A stretch of DNA of 64,000 nt, taken from the IMG/VR virus record IMGVR_UViG_3300044878_000218, positions 1 through 64,000 of that record. One strand, 5' to 3'. Each line of letters starts with the position of its first letter. Position 1 is the stretch's first letter. The notes below the pieces were generated by a model. It saw only the letters and a list, made by a program, of their open reading frames with translations. It was not told the origin of the DNA and did no database searches. The stretch comes from a virus. Its lineage: Duplodnaviria; Caudoviricetes. Shown here piece by piece: positions 7,142 through 16,629 of the stretch. A program made the translations under genes and the position numbers.

Positions 7142-8605
7142 ATGGCAGGCACCAGGACACCGGGAAGCAAAGGTTCGCGATTTGCCGCAGTCAGCGCGCA
7201 GGTCATCTTGCCGACCCGAAATCTTGCTGGTAAAGCCCGCGCCAAGCGCCCCGGCTCCGATCTGAAGAACGGCGCCGCCATCACGAACACGTTGAAGAAG
7301 TTCGATCAGAACGCAATCAACAACGTCAGCTCCCGCACCGATGTCAACGAGATCATCAAACTGCTCTGCCGTGAAGACGGCATGTTCAGTTCGGCTGCCA
7401 ACTCGATGGCCGCGATCTCCGTGGGTGCCGGCTTCCGACTTGCAGGCTATGACGCGACCGGCGCTATGAGCACCGAGGTCATGGGCCTGGCTTACAGCCT
7501 CATGGATGGGTTCTCGCAGCTGCACGATTACAGCAAGGGATACAACGATAAGCCAGGGATGCAGTCGCTGCTGTCGAGTCTTCAGACGGATGTAATCACA
7601 ACCGGAGGTTGTGGTTCTGAGCTTGTGCTGGATGCACAGTTTGGCCCTGAGAGGCTGGTGCCAATCGGGTACTCAACGGTTGGATGGGAAGCTGATGGCC
7701 AGGGAGGCCGATACCCTACGCAAGATGGTGGGGACATCAAGCTGAACATCCCAACCGTGTTTGTTGCTGAACACAATCGCAACCCGGACGAGGCCTACTC
7801 CGTAAGCCTGCTGCGTCCTGGCTTGTCGCAAGTCATGAATTTCAACGGCTTCATCGAAGACATGCACCGCGCGCTGAACCGCACGGGGCACAGTCGTCTG
7901 ATCGCGACCATCGTGTCCGAGAAGATCCAGAAGGCCGCCACCGATGAACAGCGCGCTGACCCTGAGAAGATGGGTCAGCTGTTCAACCTGGTGCTGGCTG
8001 AAGTGCAGGAAGCACTGGCTGGATTGGAGCCTGAAGATGCCGTGGTGACCTATGACAGCGTGACCTACGAGGTCAAGGACACCGGCGGCAACAAAGCTGA
8101 CTACAGCTCGATGCTGACCACGCTTGGCAACATGCTCGGCGCCTCGCTCAAGACCCCGGCTTCGGTCAGTGGTCTGCGGGCGTCGGGTGGCCAAGGCCTG
8201 TCGAACGCCGAGACCCTGATCTACCTGCAGGTGGTGCAAGGCACCCGCCCGCCGGTGGAAGAAGTCATGTCGCGGGCGCTGACCCTCGGCTGCCGTCTGC
8301 TGGGTGTCGATGGCTATGTGGCCTTCGAGTTCAACCCGATCAACCTGCGCCCCGACATCGAGCTGGAGGCCTACTTCGGTACGCGCCAGAAGCGTGTGTT
8401 GGAGCTGCTGAGCTGGGGTGTGATCAACGAGGCCCACGCATGCTGGGAACTCGGCATCCGCCCACAAGGCCTCAGCGCGGTACTGGCAGGCACTCGTTTC
8501 TACGCCAAGGATGCTTCGGCGGACCCGGCACCAGACCGGACCAGTTCGTCAGGCGCGGCACTCAACCCAGGCACCCCGGCGAAGTCCGGCGGCGCCGATC
8601 AATAA
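7142..8605 (+). CDS. portal protein
   Basis: 487 aa, located between TerL and the prohead protease. Confidence 0.8.
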   Translation: MAGTRTPGSKGSRFAAVSAQVILPTRNLAGKARAKRPGSDLKNGAAITNTLKKFDQNAINNVSSRTDVNEIIKLLCREDGMFSSAANSMAAISVGAGFRLAGYDATGAMSTEVMGLAYSLMDGFSQLHDYSKGYNDKPGMQSLLSSLQTDVITTGGCGSELVLDAQFGPERLVPIGYSTVGWEADGQGGRYPTQDGGDIKLNIPTVFVAEHNRNPDEAYSVSLLRPGLSQVMNFNGFIEDMHRALNRTGHSRLIATIVSEKIQKAATDEQRADPEKMGQLFNLVLAEVQEALAGLEPEDAVVTYDSVTYEVKDTGGNKADYSSMLTTLGNMLGASLKTPASVSGLRASGGQGLSNAETLIYLQVVQGTRPPVEEVMSRALTLGCRLLGVDGYVAFEFNPINLRPDIELEAYFGTRQKRVLELLSWGVINEAHACWELGIRPQGLSAVLAGTRFYAKDASADPAPDRTSSSGAALNPGTPAKSGGADQ

Positions 8606-8615
8606 GGAGCCTGGC

Positions 8616-10094
8616 ATGACTATCGAACTCTGGCTGGGCACTGAAAACGCCTTCAACAAGCTCAGCTCCTACGAGCTGAAGTACACCTTCGACGTGGATG
8701 CGTACTCGCCCTTCCCGTTCAAGGAAGACCGTCAGGAAGTAGACCCGGTGTTCGGCGTCGACGTGAACCGCAAGGGCTTGTACCTGCTGGAGAAAGTCGG
8801 AGAGACCCCGGTGCTGAAGATCCACGGCTCGCTGGTCCCGACCTACCGCCGTTTCCACCAGTGGTTCCCGGGCGAGGTCACCTCCTACGAGGCGATCAAC
8901 GACGCCATGGCGATCCTGGCTGAGACTGGCCACAAGGATGTGATCCTCGATCACAACAGCGGCGGCGGCTCGGTGCGCGGTCTGAACACCGTGACACAGA
9001 ACATGGAACGCCTGCAGTCGCAGGGTGTGCGCTTCCGCGCCCACACCGACAGCGCGTCGTTCTCGGCCAGCTACTGGATCATGTCCAGCGCTAACCAGGT
9101 GACCGCCAGCGCGATGGCGGAGGTCGGCTCGATCGGCGTGATCGCTGTGATCAAGACCCTGGCCAACACCGAACAGACAATGGGAATGAAGTTCACCGTC
9201 TTGAAGGAAGGCGAGTTCAAAGCCGTAGGCAACCCCTACGAAGAACTCAGCGAAGCCGACAAGAAGTACCTGCAGGACAACCTGCGGGAAACCAACGGGT
9301 TCTTCCTCAACCACATTTCCGCGCAGCGCGCTTTGAGTCTCGACGACGCCAAGGACTGGGCTGACGGTAAAACCTTTTTCGCAGCGAAGGCCGTGAAAAA
9401 TGGGCTGGTCGACCGGCTTGCATCGCTGGACGACCTGATTGGTAGCGGCGCGTCCGCAAACACTACTGGCGATAGAAGGAAGTTCGAGATGAAGATCTCT
9501 GCTGAAAAACTCGCTCAGATCGAAGCGGGCGCGGCTCCAGCAAGCGTGCTCACCAAGGCTGAGTTGGCGCATTACGAAAAGGAAATGGCCGAACTGCAGG
9601 AAGCTGCCGACAAGGAAGCTGCCGCGCAGAAAGAACTGGAAGACGCCGAAGCTGAGCGCCTGGCCCAGGAAGAGGCTGACAAGGAAGCTGCCAACAAGAC
9701 CAAGAACGAGCCGGTAACCCCGGTTGGTTTCGACGTCAACGCGCTTACCTCCGCCCTGAAAGAAAACGGCAAGCTGGAAGCTCAACTGGAGTCGCTGAAC
9801 TCCCGCGTTGAAGCTGCTGAAGCTGCCCTGGTCGCTGCTCAAGCTGAAACCTCCAGCCTGATCGTAGTGGCCCAGCAAGCGGTCAAGAAACTGCAGGTCG
9901 CCACTGGTAGCCCGCAGGTTGAGAAGTCCGCCGCGGCCGAGATCCTCGGTCAGTTCAACGAACTGCAGACCAAGCTGGCCGGCATGTTCAAGCAGGGTCA
10001 GCAGTCCGACCCGACTCCGACCAAAGAAGCCTCGGCTCCTCTGGCGGCTGGCCTGCGCCACAAAGTTTCGCAACTCAACCAGCAAAAGCGCTAA
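8616..10094 (+). CDS. S49 prohead protease fused to scaffold
   Basis: ATG at 8616 after AAGGAG; NSGGG, SASYWI, EVGSIGV motifs; acidic coiled-coil C-terminus. Confidence 0.9.
   Translation: MTIELWLGTENAFNKLSSYELKYTFDVDAYSPFPFKEDRQEVDPVFGVDVNRKGLYLLEKVGETPVLKIHGSLVPTYRRFHQWFPGEVTSYEAINDAMAILAETGHKDVILDHNSGGGSVRGLNTVTQNMERLQSQGVRFRAHTDSASFSASYWIMSSANQVTASAMAEVGSIGVIAVIKTLANTEQTMGMKFTVLKEGEFKAVGNPYEELSEADKKYLQDNLRETNGFFLNHISAQRALSLDDAKDWADGKTFFAAKAVKNGLVDRLASLDDLIGSGASANTTGDRRKFEMKISAEKLAQIEAGAAPASVLTKAELAHYEKEMAELQEAADKEAAAQKELEDAEAERLAQEEADKEAANKTKNEPVTPVGFDVNALTSALKENGKLEAQLESLNSRVEAAEAALVAAQAETSSLIVVAQQAVKKLQVATGSPQVEKSAAAEILGQFNELQTKLAGMFKQGQQSDPTPTKEASAPLAAGLRHKVSQLNQQKR
9489..10094 (+). 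CDS. nested in-frame scaffolding protein (lambda Nu3-like arrangement)
   Basis: Internal ATG at 9489 preceded by AGAAGGA; codon style changes to that of the capsid genes. Confidence 0.6.
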   Translation: MKISAEKLAQIEAGAAPASVLTKAELAHYEKEMAELQEAADKEAAAQKELEDAEAERLAQEEADKEAANKTKNEPVTPVGFDVNALTSALKENGKLEAQLESLNSRVEAAEAALVAAQAETSSLIVVAQQAVKKLQVATGSPQVEKSAAAEILGQFNELQTKLAGMFKQGQQSDPTPTKEASAPLAAGLRHKVSQLNQQKR

Positions 10095-10106
10095 GGAGAA
10101 TCAGTC

Positions 10107-10565
10107 ATGGCTGACTATAAATTCAACGTGTTGACGGTTCTGCCTGAGCGGCTGAACGTCGTCACTACCAAGCTCGGCTCCGCTGCTGGCCAAGCCTACT
10201 CGGACAAAGACCGCGGCAAGCCGATGAAGATGGGCGCCCTGTCCAACTTCGTCCTGTGCGCCGACGGTGACGAGCTGGGCGGCTTCCTCGACAACGTCGA
10301 CGGTGGCCCACCAGCCAACGGCTTCCCAATGGGTGGTGTGCAACGTCCTGACACTGGCTTCCGTATCGAAGCTGTCGTGGCTGCCGGCGTGGCAACTCCT
10401 CTGGTCTTCGGTGACCTGGTGGTTGCTGGCGCTCAGATCCCACTGGGCACTGCAGGCCTGCCGCAAGTGAAGAAAGGCACCCCGGCCATCTGGAAGTATC
10501 AGGTGATCCAGGTCCGTACCACTGGCGCCGCCGGCACCAAAGTTCTGCTGGAACGTGTGGCCTAA
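10107..10565 (+). CDS. head decoration protein
   Basis: Gly/Ala-rich 152 aa between scaffold and capsid genes. Confidence 0.65.
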   Translation: MADYKFNVLTVLPERLNVVTTKLGSAAGQAYSDKDRGKPMKMGALSNFVLCADGDELGGFLDNVDGGPPANGFPMGGVQRPDTGFRIEAVVAAGVATPLVFGDLVVAGAQIPLGTAGLPQVKKGTPAIWKYQVIQVRTTGAAGTKVLLERVA

Positions 10566-10597
10566 CCCGCCGCCCACCATTTCAAGGAATTGAAACC

Positions 10598-11773
10598 ATG
10601 CAATGCACTCTGAAATACATCGCCAACGAGAAGGGCGTTCAGGTTGAGAAAAACCTGGACGCCAACGTCGAGCTGTACGCCCAAGCGGCTGCAGCCGGCA
10701 TGGACCTGCGCCAGTACATCCGTACCCTGGCCGCCGACTTTGACGTCACCATGGGCGACCCGATCGACCAGATGATGACCAACGCCGGCATGATGGACGG
10801 TGCTACCCGCACTGGCCCAGCACTGACCATGGCTCAGATGGCCGGCATGACCCAGGCTGACGGCTTCCGTCGTCCTGATGGTTCCGATGCCTCCCTCGGT
10901 GCCCGTCTGCTGTACCCGCAGCTGATCCTCGAAACCATGAACGCAAACACCCTGCGTGACGATGGTTCCGACATCCTGTCGATTTGGGAAAGCTTCATCG
11001 CCACCAGCCGTAACCTGAACGGCCAGATGGCGCAGCAGCCGATCATCGACACTTCCGCACCGGAAGGCTCGCGCAGCGGTCGCATGGTTCAAATGGCTCT
11101 GCCTGAGACCATGATCTCGATCACCACTGGCCAAAAATCGTTCAAGATCCCAACCAACTCGATTGGTTTGATGATCGCCAACGAAGCAATGGCTGCCACC
11201 ACCATCGACATCGTTCGCATCGTGATGGAAGCCCAGTCGCGCGGTGACAAGATCCGTCGCGTCGGCGAGCAGCTGAAGTCCATGGTCCTGGGTGACAGCG
11301 ACCTCGACATGACCGCCCTGCCGATCCTGAAGGTCAGCGACTTTGACGCCTCGATCGTTACCGACGGCGTGATCAGCAAGAAGGCCTACATCAAGTGGCT
11401 CTTCAGCAAGCGCAACACCGCCAACATCAGCCAGGTGCTGACCGACATCGACACTGCCCTGGCAGTTGACGATGGCCTGGCACCGAAGCACGTGGGCGTG
11501 GACAACTCGAAGATCGTCACTCCGTGGGCTGGCATGAACCTGGGCCTGACCCAGCCGCGCCTGACTCCATTCGACGCTGACGTCTTCGGTGCCGGTCTGC
11601 TGGTCGGTTTCGACCCGCGCTACGCGATCCAGCGCATGGTGAACATCTCCGCTGCCTACGACGGCATCGAAGAGTTCGTAATGCGTAAAGCCACTGGTTT
11701 CCGTGTGGACTATGGCGAAATGGCTACCCGTCTGTACGACGAAGCCTGGTCGGTTCTCAGCCTCGAAGCCTAA
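10598..11773 (+). CDS. major capsid protein
   Basis: 391 aa, position, strongly biased codons, followed by a terminator. Confidence 0.85.
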   Translation: MQCTLKYIANEKGVQVEKNLDANVELYAQAAAAGMDLRQYIRTLAADFDVTMGDPIDQMMTNAGMMDGATRTGPALTMAQMAGMTQADGFRRPDGSDASLGARLLYPQLILETMNANTLRDDGSDILSIWESFIATSRNLNGQMAQQPIIDTSAPEGSRSGRMVQMALPETMISITTGQKSFKIPTNSIGLMIANEAMAATTIDIVRIVMEAQSRGDKIRRVGEQLKSMVLGDSDLDMTALPILKVSDFDASIVTDGVISKKAYIKWLFSKRNTANISQVLTDIDTALAVDDGLAPKHVGVDNSKIVTPWAGMNLGLTQPRLTPFDADVFGAGLLVGFDPRYAIQRMVNISAAYDGIEEFVMRKATGFRVDYGEMATRLYDEAWSVLSLEA

Positions 11774-11782
11774 GAACCAACG

Positions 11783-11812
11783 GAAGGGCCGCTTCGGCGG
11801 CCTTTCTTCCCT
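11783..11812 (+). terminator. intrinsic terminator
   Basis: AGGGCCGC-TTCG-GCGGCCTT followed by a pyrimidine tract. Confidence 0.75.
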
Positions 11813-11835
11813 TTGTACTACGGAGAATTTGAATC

Positions 11836-12342
11836 ATGGCTCTGAAAAAAGCTGATCAAACCGCAGAAAAACCAGCACCGACTGAAGCCGAACTGGAAGC
11901 ACAGCGCGTGGCTGAAGCTGCCGCCGCCGACCAGAAGAAGCTCGACGACGAAGCCGCGGCCAAAGCCGAACAGGAAAAGGCCGACAAGGAATCTGCAGAC
12001 AAGGCTGAGCAGGAAGCTGCTGAGGCCAAGGCTGCCGAAGACAAGGACAAGCAGGAAGCTGCTGACCGCGAAGCCGAACGCCTAGCACGCGAGCAGGAAC
12101 TGGCTGAACAAGAAGCTGCTTCGACCCGTGAGCGCCTGGCACAGGAAGAAGAAGTGGCCAAGGCCGCCGGCAAGACTCCGCTGGAGCGCAAGCTGGTTCT
12201 GGTTGAAAGCCTGACTTTCTCCAACCTGCGCCAGCCATCGACCAGTACCTGGATCGAAGGCAAGGGCATCGCTCACCTGCTGCATGACGGCTGGCTGAAC
12301 AACCAGATCGCCAGCAAGCTGATGAAGATCGTCGAGGAGTAA
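11836..12342 (+). CDS. hypothetical head-associated protein (Ala/Glu/Lys-rich)
   Basis: ORF with GGAG RBS after the capsid gene. Confidence 0.7.
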   Translation: MALKKADQTAEKPAPTEAELEAQRVAEAAAADQKKLDDEAAAKAEQEKADKESADKAEQEAAEAKAAEDKDKQEAADREAERLAREQELAEQEAASTRERLAQEEEVAKAAGKTPLERKLVLVESLTFSNLRQPSTSTWIEGKGIAHLLHDGWLNNQIASKLMKIVEE

Positions 12343-12345
12343 TCC

Positions 12346-12828
12346 ATGTACTACGACCTGACCAGTACCGCGCAGATCCTCGCTGTCCTGACCGTGGATG
12401 ACACGGACATCGACGCCGAGAAGATCGAGGCTCAAGGCCTGGATGACGATCTCGGCGCCGAGCTGGACCGTGCACTGCCCGGTATTTGGGAAGGTCTGGC
12501 GGATGGAACAGGCGAGAAGGCAACCCCTGCTCGCCTACGCAAGCTGAAGCTGGCAGCGAAGTATTTCTGTGCCGGCACCGTCGCACGCATGGCCCAGGTG
12601 TTCATCCTCAAGAAGGACACCGACGGCTCCAACGAAGGTCAGCGCAGCGACAAGGACGGATGGCTGTGGATGTCAGATCGCCTGATGGACACAGCCAACG
12701 GCCACATGCAGGACCTGCTCAAAGACTTGGGCATCGTCGCGGCAGTGACCACGCCGTACACCATGTTCTCGCGGGTCATCCCTGACCGCGATCCGATCAC
12801 CGAGCCAAGGGCGGCAGCCACTCAATGA
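12346..12828 (+). CDS. putative head-tail adaptor
   Basis: Helical 160 aa; synteny. Confidence 0.55.
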   Translation: MYYDLTSTAQILAVLTVDDTDIDAEKIEAQGLDDDLGAELDRALPGIWEGLADGTGEKATPARLRKLKLAAKYFCAGTVARMAQVFILKKDTDGSNEGQRSDKDGWLWMSDRLMDTANGHMQDLLKDLGIVAAVTTPYTMFSRVIPDRDPITEPRAAATQ

Positions 12829-13736
12829 AGCTGAAAAAGATCGCAGGCAAGTACATCACCGAGAAGATGGATGCGTGGGACCCGGTCACGGAGACCTGGC
12901 TGCCCAACTACTTCCTCGGCCGTATCGACCTGACCGATCGCTTCCTGAGCAACTTCAACAAGCCGACCCGTCGTCGCATGATGTTCACCGTGCCGGAAGT
13001 CTCGTTCCCACCGAGCCTGACGATCCGTCACCCTGGTACTCACGACGTCTACATCATCGGCACCACCCGCAGAGACGCGCGCAGCGGCGAGCAGTACAAC
13101 GCCCTGACCATTCTGCAACTGGTGACCGACCTGCCTGGCGGATCTTCCGGCCTGGCCACCATTACGCGCAAGGTCGTGCAAGGCCCACCGGAGAACCCGG
13201 GCTGGCTGGTCGACACGGTCTTCGCCAAGAGCTACATCGACACCGAGTTCCTGAGCAGTACCGACGAGGTCGGCACCACGGACCTGCGGATCGAACGCTA
13301 CAACGCCTACCTGCCGCTGAATGTCCAGCCGCAGGAATGGGACTTCATCACGCTGCACGGCGTGAAGTACCGGGTGCTCGACACCTTCGCCGACTCCGGG
13401 TTCTTTGCCCTGCGCATCGACCATGAGAAGGACTTCCGCAGCAACTTCGTGTTGCACGTCGGCGGCAAGCGGGTGATGAACCCGGTGACCCATGAGTACG
13501 AAAGCACGCCGACCAGCTACAACGTCACCGGCGTGACGGAGAACGAGATCGAGGCTGCCCTGTGGGCCAGCGACACCAACAGCTACCGCACCGTGTACTT
13601 CGAACGTGATCACCTGCCGTTCGGTATCGACATCCGCGGTAAGGACGTGTGGCTGGAGATGAACGGAGTGAAGCGCCAGGTCAAGTCGGTGCAGACCCAG
13701 TCGGGTGAGCGCCAGTACGTGCTGAGGGTACTGTAG
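12825..13736 (+). CDS. putative head closure/neck protein
   Basis: Beta-rich 303 aa; synteny. Confidence 0.5.
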   Translation: MKLKKIAGKYITEKMDAWDPVTETWLPNYFLGRIDLTDRFLSNFNKPTRRRMMFTVPEVSFPPSLTIRHPGTHDVYIIGTTRRDARSGEQYNALTILQLVTDLPGGSSGLATITRKVVQGPPENPGWLVDTVFAKSYIDTEFLSSTDEVGTTDLRIERYNAYLPLNVQPQEWDFITLHGVKYRVLDTFADSGFFALRIDHEKDFRSNFVLHVGGKRVMNPVTHEYESTPTSYNVTGVTENEIEAALWASDTNSYRTVYFERDHLPFGIDIRGKDVWLEMNGVKRQVKSVQTQSGERQYVLRVL

Positions 13737-14242
13737 TGGGCAAGTTCAGGACGATGGCCGACAACCTTGCGCTGGACATTGGCGCGCTGTACAGCCGCTC
13801 GATCCGTCGTGCGCTGTTGGCCGGCCTGGCTGTGGCCATCCAGACCACCAAGCACGACTCGTCCAACGCGGCGGCCCACTGGCTGATCGCGGCCAAGGGA
13901 AAGAGCCGACCTGCCAGCCGGACCTGGGGTAAGTTGCGCGACCTGCGGGGCACCCGTGAGCGCCCCGCTGTTGAGCCTGTCGGTAAGCGCCGGGACAAAG
14001 GCAAGAATGCCAAGCTGGCGGAGCGGTTCGTCCGTGATCGCGAGCTGCGTGAGGTGGTAGAAAAACTGGTCTCCGGCCGAACCCCTGAGACGGTCTTCTA
14101 CTTCTTCAACGCCGTCGAGACCGGCACCGAGTACGAGCGCAACGCCCACATCGAGGCGGCCGGGATGGCTGCCACACAGGAAGTGGCCAGGCAGTTCCAG
14201 AACGCCATGTCCACCGGTAACGTAAGGAAGAGCTACCGATGA
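13736..14242 (+). CDS. putative tail completion/neck protein
   Basis: Basic protein with TKHDSSNAAAHW motif; synteny. Confidence 0.5.
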   Translation: MGKFRTMADNLALDIGALYSRSIRRALLAGLAVAIQTTKHDSSNAAAHWLIAAKGKSRPASRTWGKLRDLRGTRERPAVEPVGKRRDKGKNAKLAERFVRDRELREVVEKLVSGRTPETVFYFFNAVETGTEYERNAHIEAAGMAATQEVARQFQNAMSTGNVRKSYR

Positions 14243-14691
14243 GCAATTTCATGCTGGGCTCGCTGACCGAACTGGACACCCGGGTACGGGATTTTCTGCG
14301 GACCAAGGTCACGCCGGACATGCTGTACGGCTACGACTTCGTCGAAGGCCTGGACGTCAGCGTCAACGATGCAGGCGCCCTGCTGGAGCAGGACAAAGAC
14401 TTCTGGCTGTTCGAGCTGAACGTCGACCAGGTAGGTCGTGCGGGTCCTTCGCAGGTGGCACCACGCCGCGTGCAGGGCAGCTTGGACATCTCGTTGTTTA
14501 CCAAAGCCCCTCGGGACAAGGTAAAGTACGGCCGCAAGGTCGAAGCGGTGGCAAATTGGTTTCAGGACCAGACCATCAACGGTATCCGGTTCCGGACCTT
14601 CGTACCCGTGGCGCCCGCCCCGTTGCAGGGATTCACTGCATACGGTGGCGTGACAAACATTGAGTTTGAAATTTACGTTCAAAGGAGTTGA
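14239..14691 (+). CDS. putative tail terminator
   Basis: 150 aa directly before the tail tube gene. Confidence 0.55.
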   Translation: MSNFMLGSLTELDTRVRDFLRTKVTPDMLYGYDFVEGLDVSVNDAGALLEQDKDFWLFELNVDQVGRAGPSQVAPRRVQGSLDISLFTKAPRDKVKYGRKVEAVANWFQDQTINGIRFRTFVPVAPAPLQGFTAYGGVTNIEFEIYVQRS

Positions 14692-14696
14692 CGGCT

Positions 14697-15746
14697 ATGC
14701 CACAAGTTCACAGTTTCAACGATTCGTCCTCGGTGGCTCTGGCTTACGCCATCAGCCCTTTGGACCGCAAATCTGACTTCGTTGGTGCCTCGCGTGTACC
14801 GATGAAACTGATCCCGTTCACCACCGAAGGGTTCTCGATGCAGAAGGAGTCCAAGTCTTCGACTGCGATCTCCGGCAGCCGTCGTACCCAAGGCTCGAAG
14901 AACACCAAGGGTTCCGCCAACGGCGCGGTCACCGTCGAGTTCGGCGCGACCACTTGGGTCAATGACCTGCTGCAGCTGATCCTGCTGAACACCTGGAAGG
15001 ACATCGACGACGCCGACCCTGCTGCAGGCAAGTACATCACCGACGGCGAGCTGAAACAGTACATGGTCGTCGAGAAGACTGTGCGCCAGGGTCCTTTGGC
15101 CACTGACCGTCTCGACCACGAATGGTACTTCGGCACCATGATGAACGACGCCACCCTGAACTTCGGTGACGGCGAGCTGATCACTCTGGCGTGCAACACC
15201 ATGTCGGCCAACGCTGACTTCGGTAACGCACTGGCCGGCGTCGACGGTTTGGGCGGTTCGGTGGCCATCTCCAAGGCGGCGCCAGCCAACTACGAGATCG
15301 CTGACAGCTCGAACAACCTGGGCAACATCGAGATCCGCGACGAAGACGACAACCTGATGGAAGTCACTTGGTCGGACGCCTCGCTGCAGATCCAGAACAA
15401 CGTCCGTGAGCAGTCCGGCCTGGGTCACCAGTTCGCTGCAGGTATCGGTATCGGTAAAGTGGCAGCCACCTTCTCGGGTGAGATCTACTACTACGACCAG
15501 ACCATCCTGAAGACCCACATGGACAACAAGCGTGTGAAGCTGAAGGCGACCATCTCCACCGTGGAGGGCACCTTCACCATCATCGCGCCGAACCTGATGG
15601 CTCAAGCACCGACCAACAACGCTGAAGGCGAGAACGCTGACTACAAGTCGGCGATGACCCTGACTGCAGAAGCCGGCAAGGTCACCATCGGTGACAACGT
15701 AGACATCCCGTGCATCTTGGCGATCACCTACGTTCCAACCCCGTAA
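14697..15746 (+). CDS. major tail tube protein
   Basis: ATG at 14697 after AAGGAG; beta-rich; precedes chaperone and tape measure genes. Confidence 0.85.
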   Translation: MPQVHSFNDSSSVALAYAISPLDRKSDFVGASRVPMKLIPFTTEGFSMQKESKSSTAISGSRRTQGSKNTKGSANGAVTVEFGATTWVNDLLQLILLNTWKDIDDADPAAGKYITDGELKQYMVVEKTVRQGPLATDRLDHEWYFGTMMNDATLNFGDGELITLACNTMSANADFGNALAGVDGLGGSVAISKAAPANYEIADSSNNLGNIEIRDEDDNLMEVTWSDASLQIQNNVREQSGLGHQFAAGIGIGKVAATFSGEIYYYDQTILKTHMDNKRVKLKATISTVEGTFTIIAPNLMAQAPTNNAEGENADYKSAMTLTAEAGKVTIGDNVDIPCILAITYVPTP

Positions 15747-15827
15747 CCTTGGGGTCGTGACTTGCGGCGTTGCTCTTGTTAGAGTAACGCCGCTAGTTAC
15801 CGCACTTTCCCAAGGACGACCCTCAAA

Positions 15828-16268
15828 ATGCTTATCCTCTCCTCGATTGCCATCGACCCAAAACTTTCTTCCGGCGGTGTATGGGCTCCATACATGGGCG
15901 GCGAATTCCTGCTCGCGCGTAAAGGCCCAGCCTTCCAGGCCCGTGTTGGCGAGCTGTACACCGAGAACCGCGAAGTCATCGACAGCAAGGACGGCAACGG
16001 CCTGATGACCCCGGAAGCCGTGCACATGATGCAGGAAATCCACACCCGGGCGTTCTGCGAACACATTCTGCTGGACTGGAAGAACGTCGGCGAGAAAGAC
16101 TCCGGCGAGATCAAGTACACCCCGGAGATCGGCACCCAGCTGCTGATGAACCCGCTGTACTCCGAACTGGCCAACTACCTCGAAAACTTCAGCGCCAACC
16201 ACTTCTACTACCGCGCCGCGTCGAACCTCGAAGTGGCTAAAGTGGTAAAGAGTTCTGCCGTTTCCTGA
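15828..16268 (+). CDS. tail assembly chaperone (gpG-like)
   Basis: ILLDWKNV...YTPE motif; position. Confidence 0.85.
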   Translation: MLILSSIAIDPKLSSGGVWAPYMGGEFLLARKGPAFQARVGELYTENREVIDSKDGNGLMTPEAVHMMQEIHTRAFCEHILLDWKNVGEKDSGEIKYTPEIGTQLLMNPLYSELANYLENFSANHFYYRAASNLEVAKVVKSSAVS

Positions 16269-16627
16269 TCAACTACGGGCACAAGGGGATCAAGGCGTTC
16301 CAGGCGCTGGAAAAGAAGTTTGGGAAGAAGCATCCCAAGCTGGTCGACTACGCCGAACCCCTCCCGATCCATCAGTGGCTGCCTGACGCCTTCTTCCGCC
16401 TGCATCGCAGGCGGCAGTTCAGTCAGCATGGATACCAGCCACTGAGCTATCAGGAAATGGCTGACTTCGCGGAACGGATTCTCAAGCTGCACCCTGAACA
16501 GGCGGATCTCTTCTACTTGACAATGGAGGAAACAGACAACGCCATCCTGTATGATCAATATCTAAAGACAAAGGCAGCCGTGGACGACTTGCCTGATACG
16601 CCTCCCAAGCCACGCAAAAGGAAATAG
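16244..16627 (+). CDS. gpT-like extension reached by -1 frameshift
   Basis: Slippery G-GTA-AAG at 16244-16250; -1 frame open to TAG at 16625-16627 encoding AFFRLHRRR...GYQPLSYQEM. Confidence 0.8.
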   Translation, partial: GKEFCRFLINYGHKGIKAFQALEKKFGKKHPKLVDYAEPLPIHQWLPDAFFRLHRRRQFSQHGYQPLSYQEMADFAERILKLHPEQADLFYLTMEETDNAILYDQYLKTKAAVDDLPDTPPKPRKRK

Positions 16628-16629
16628 CA

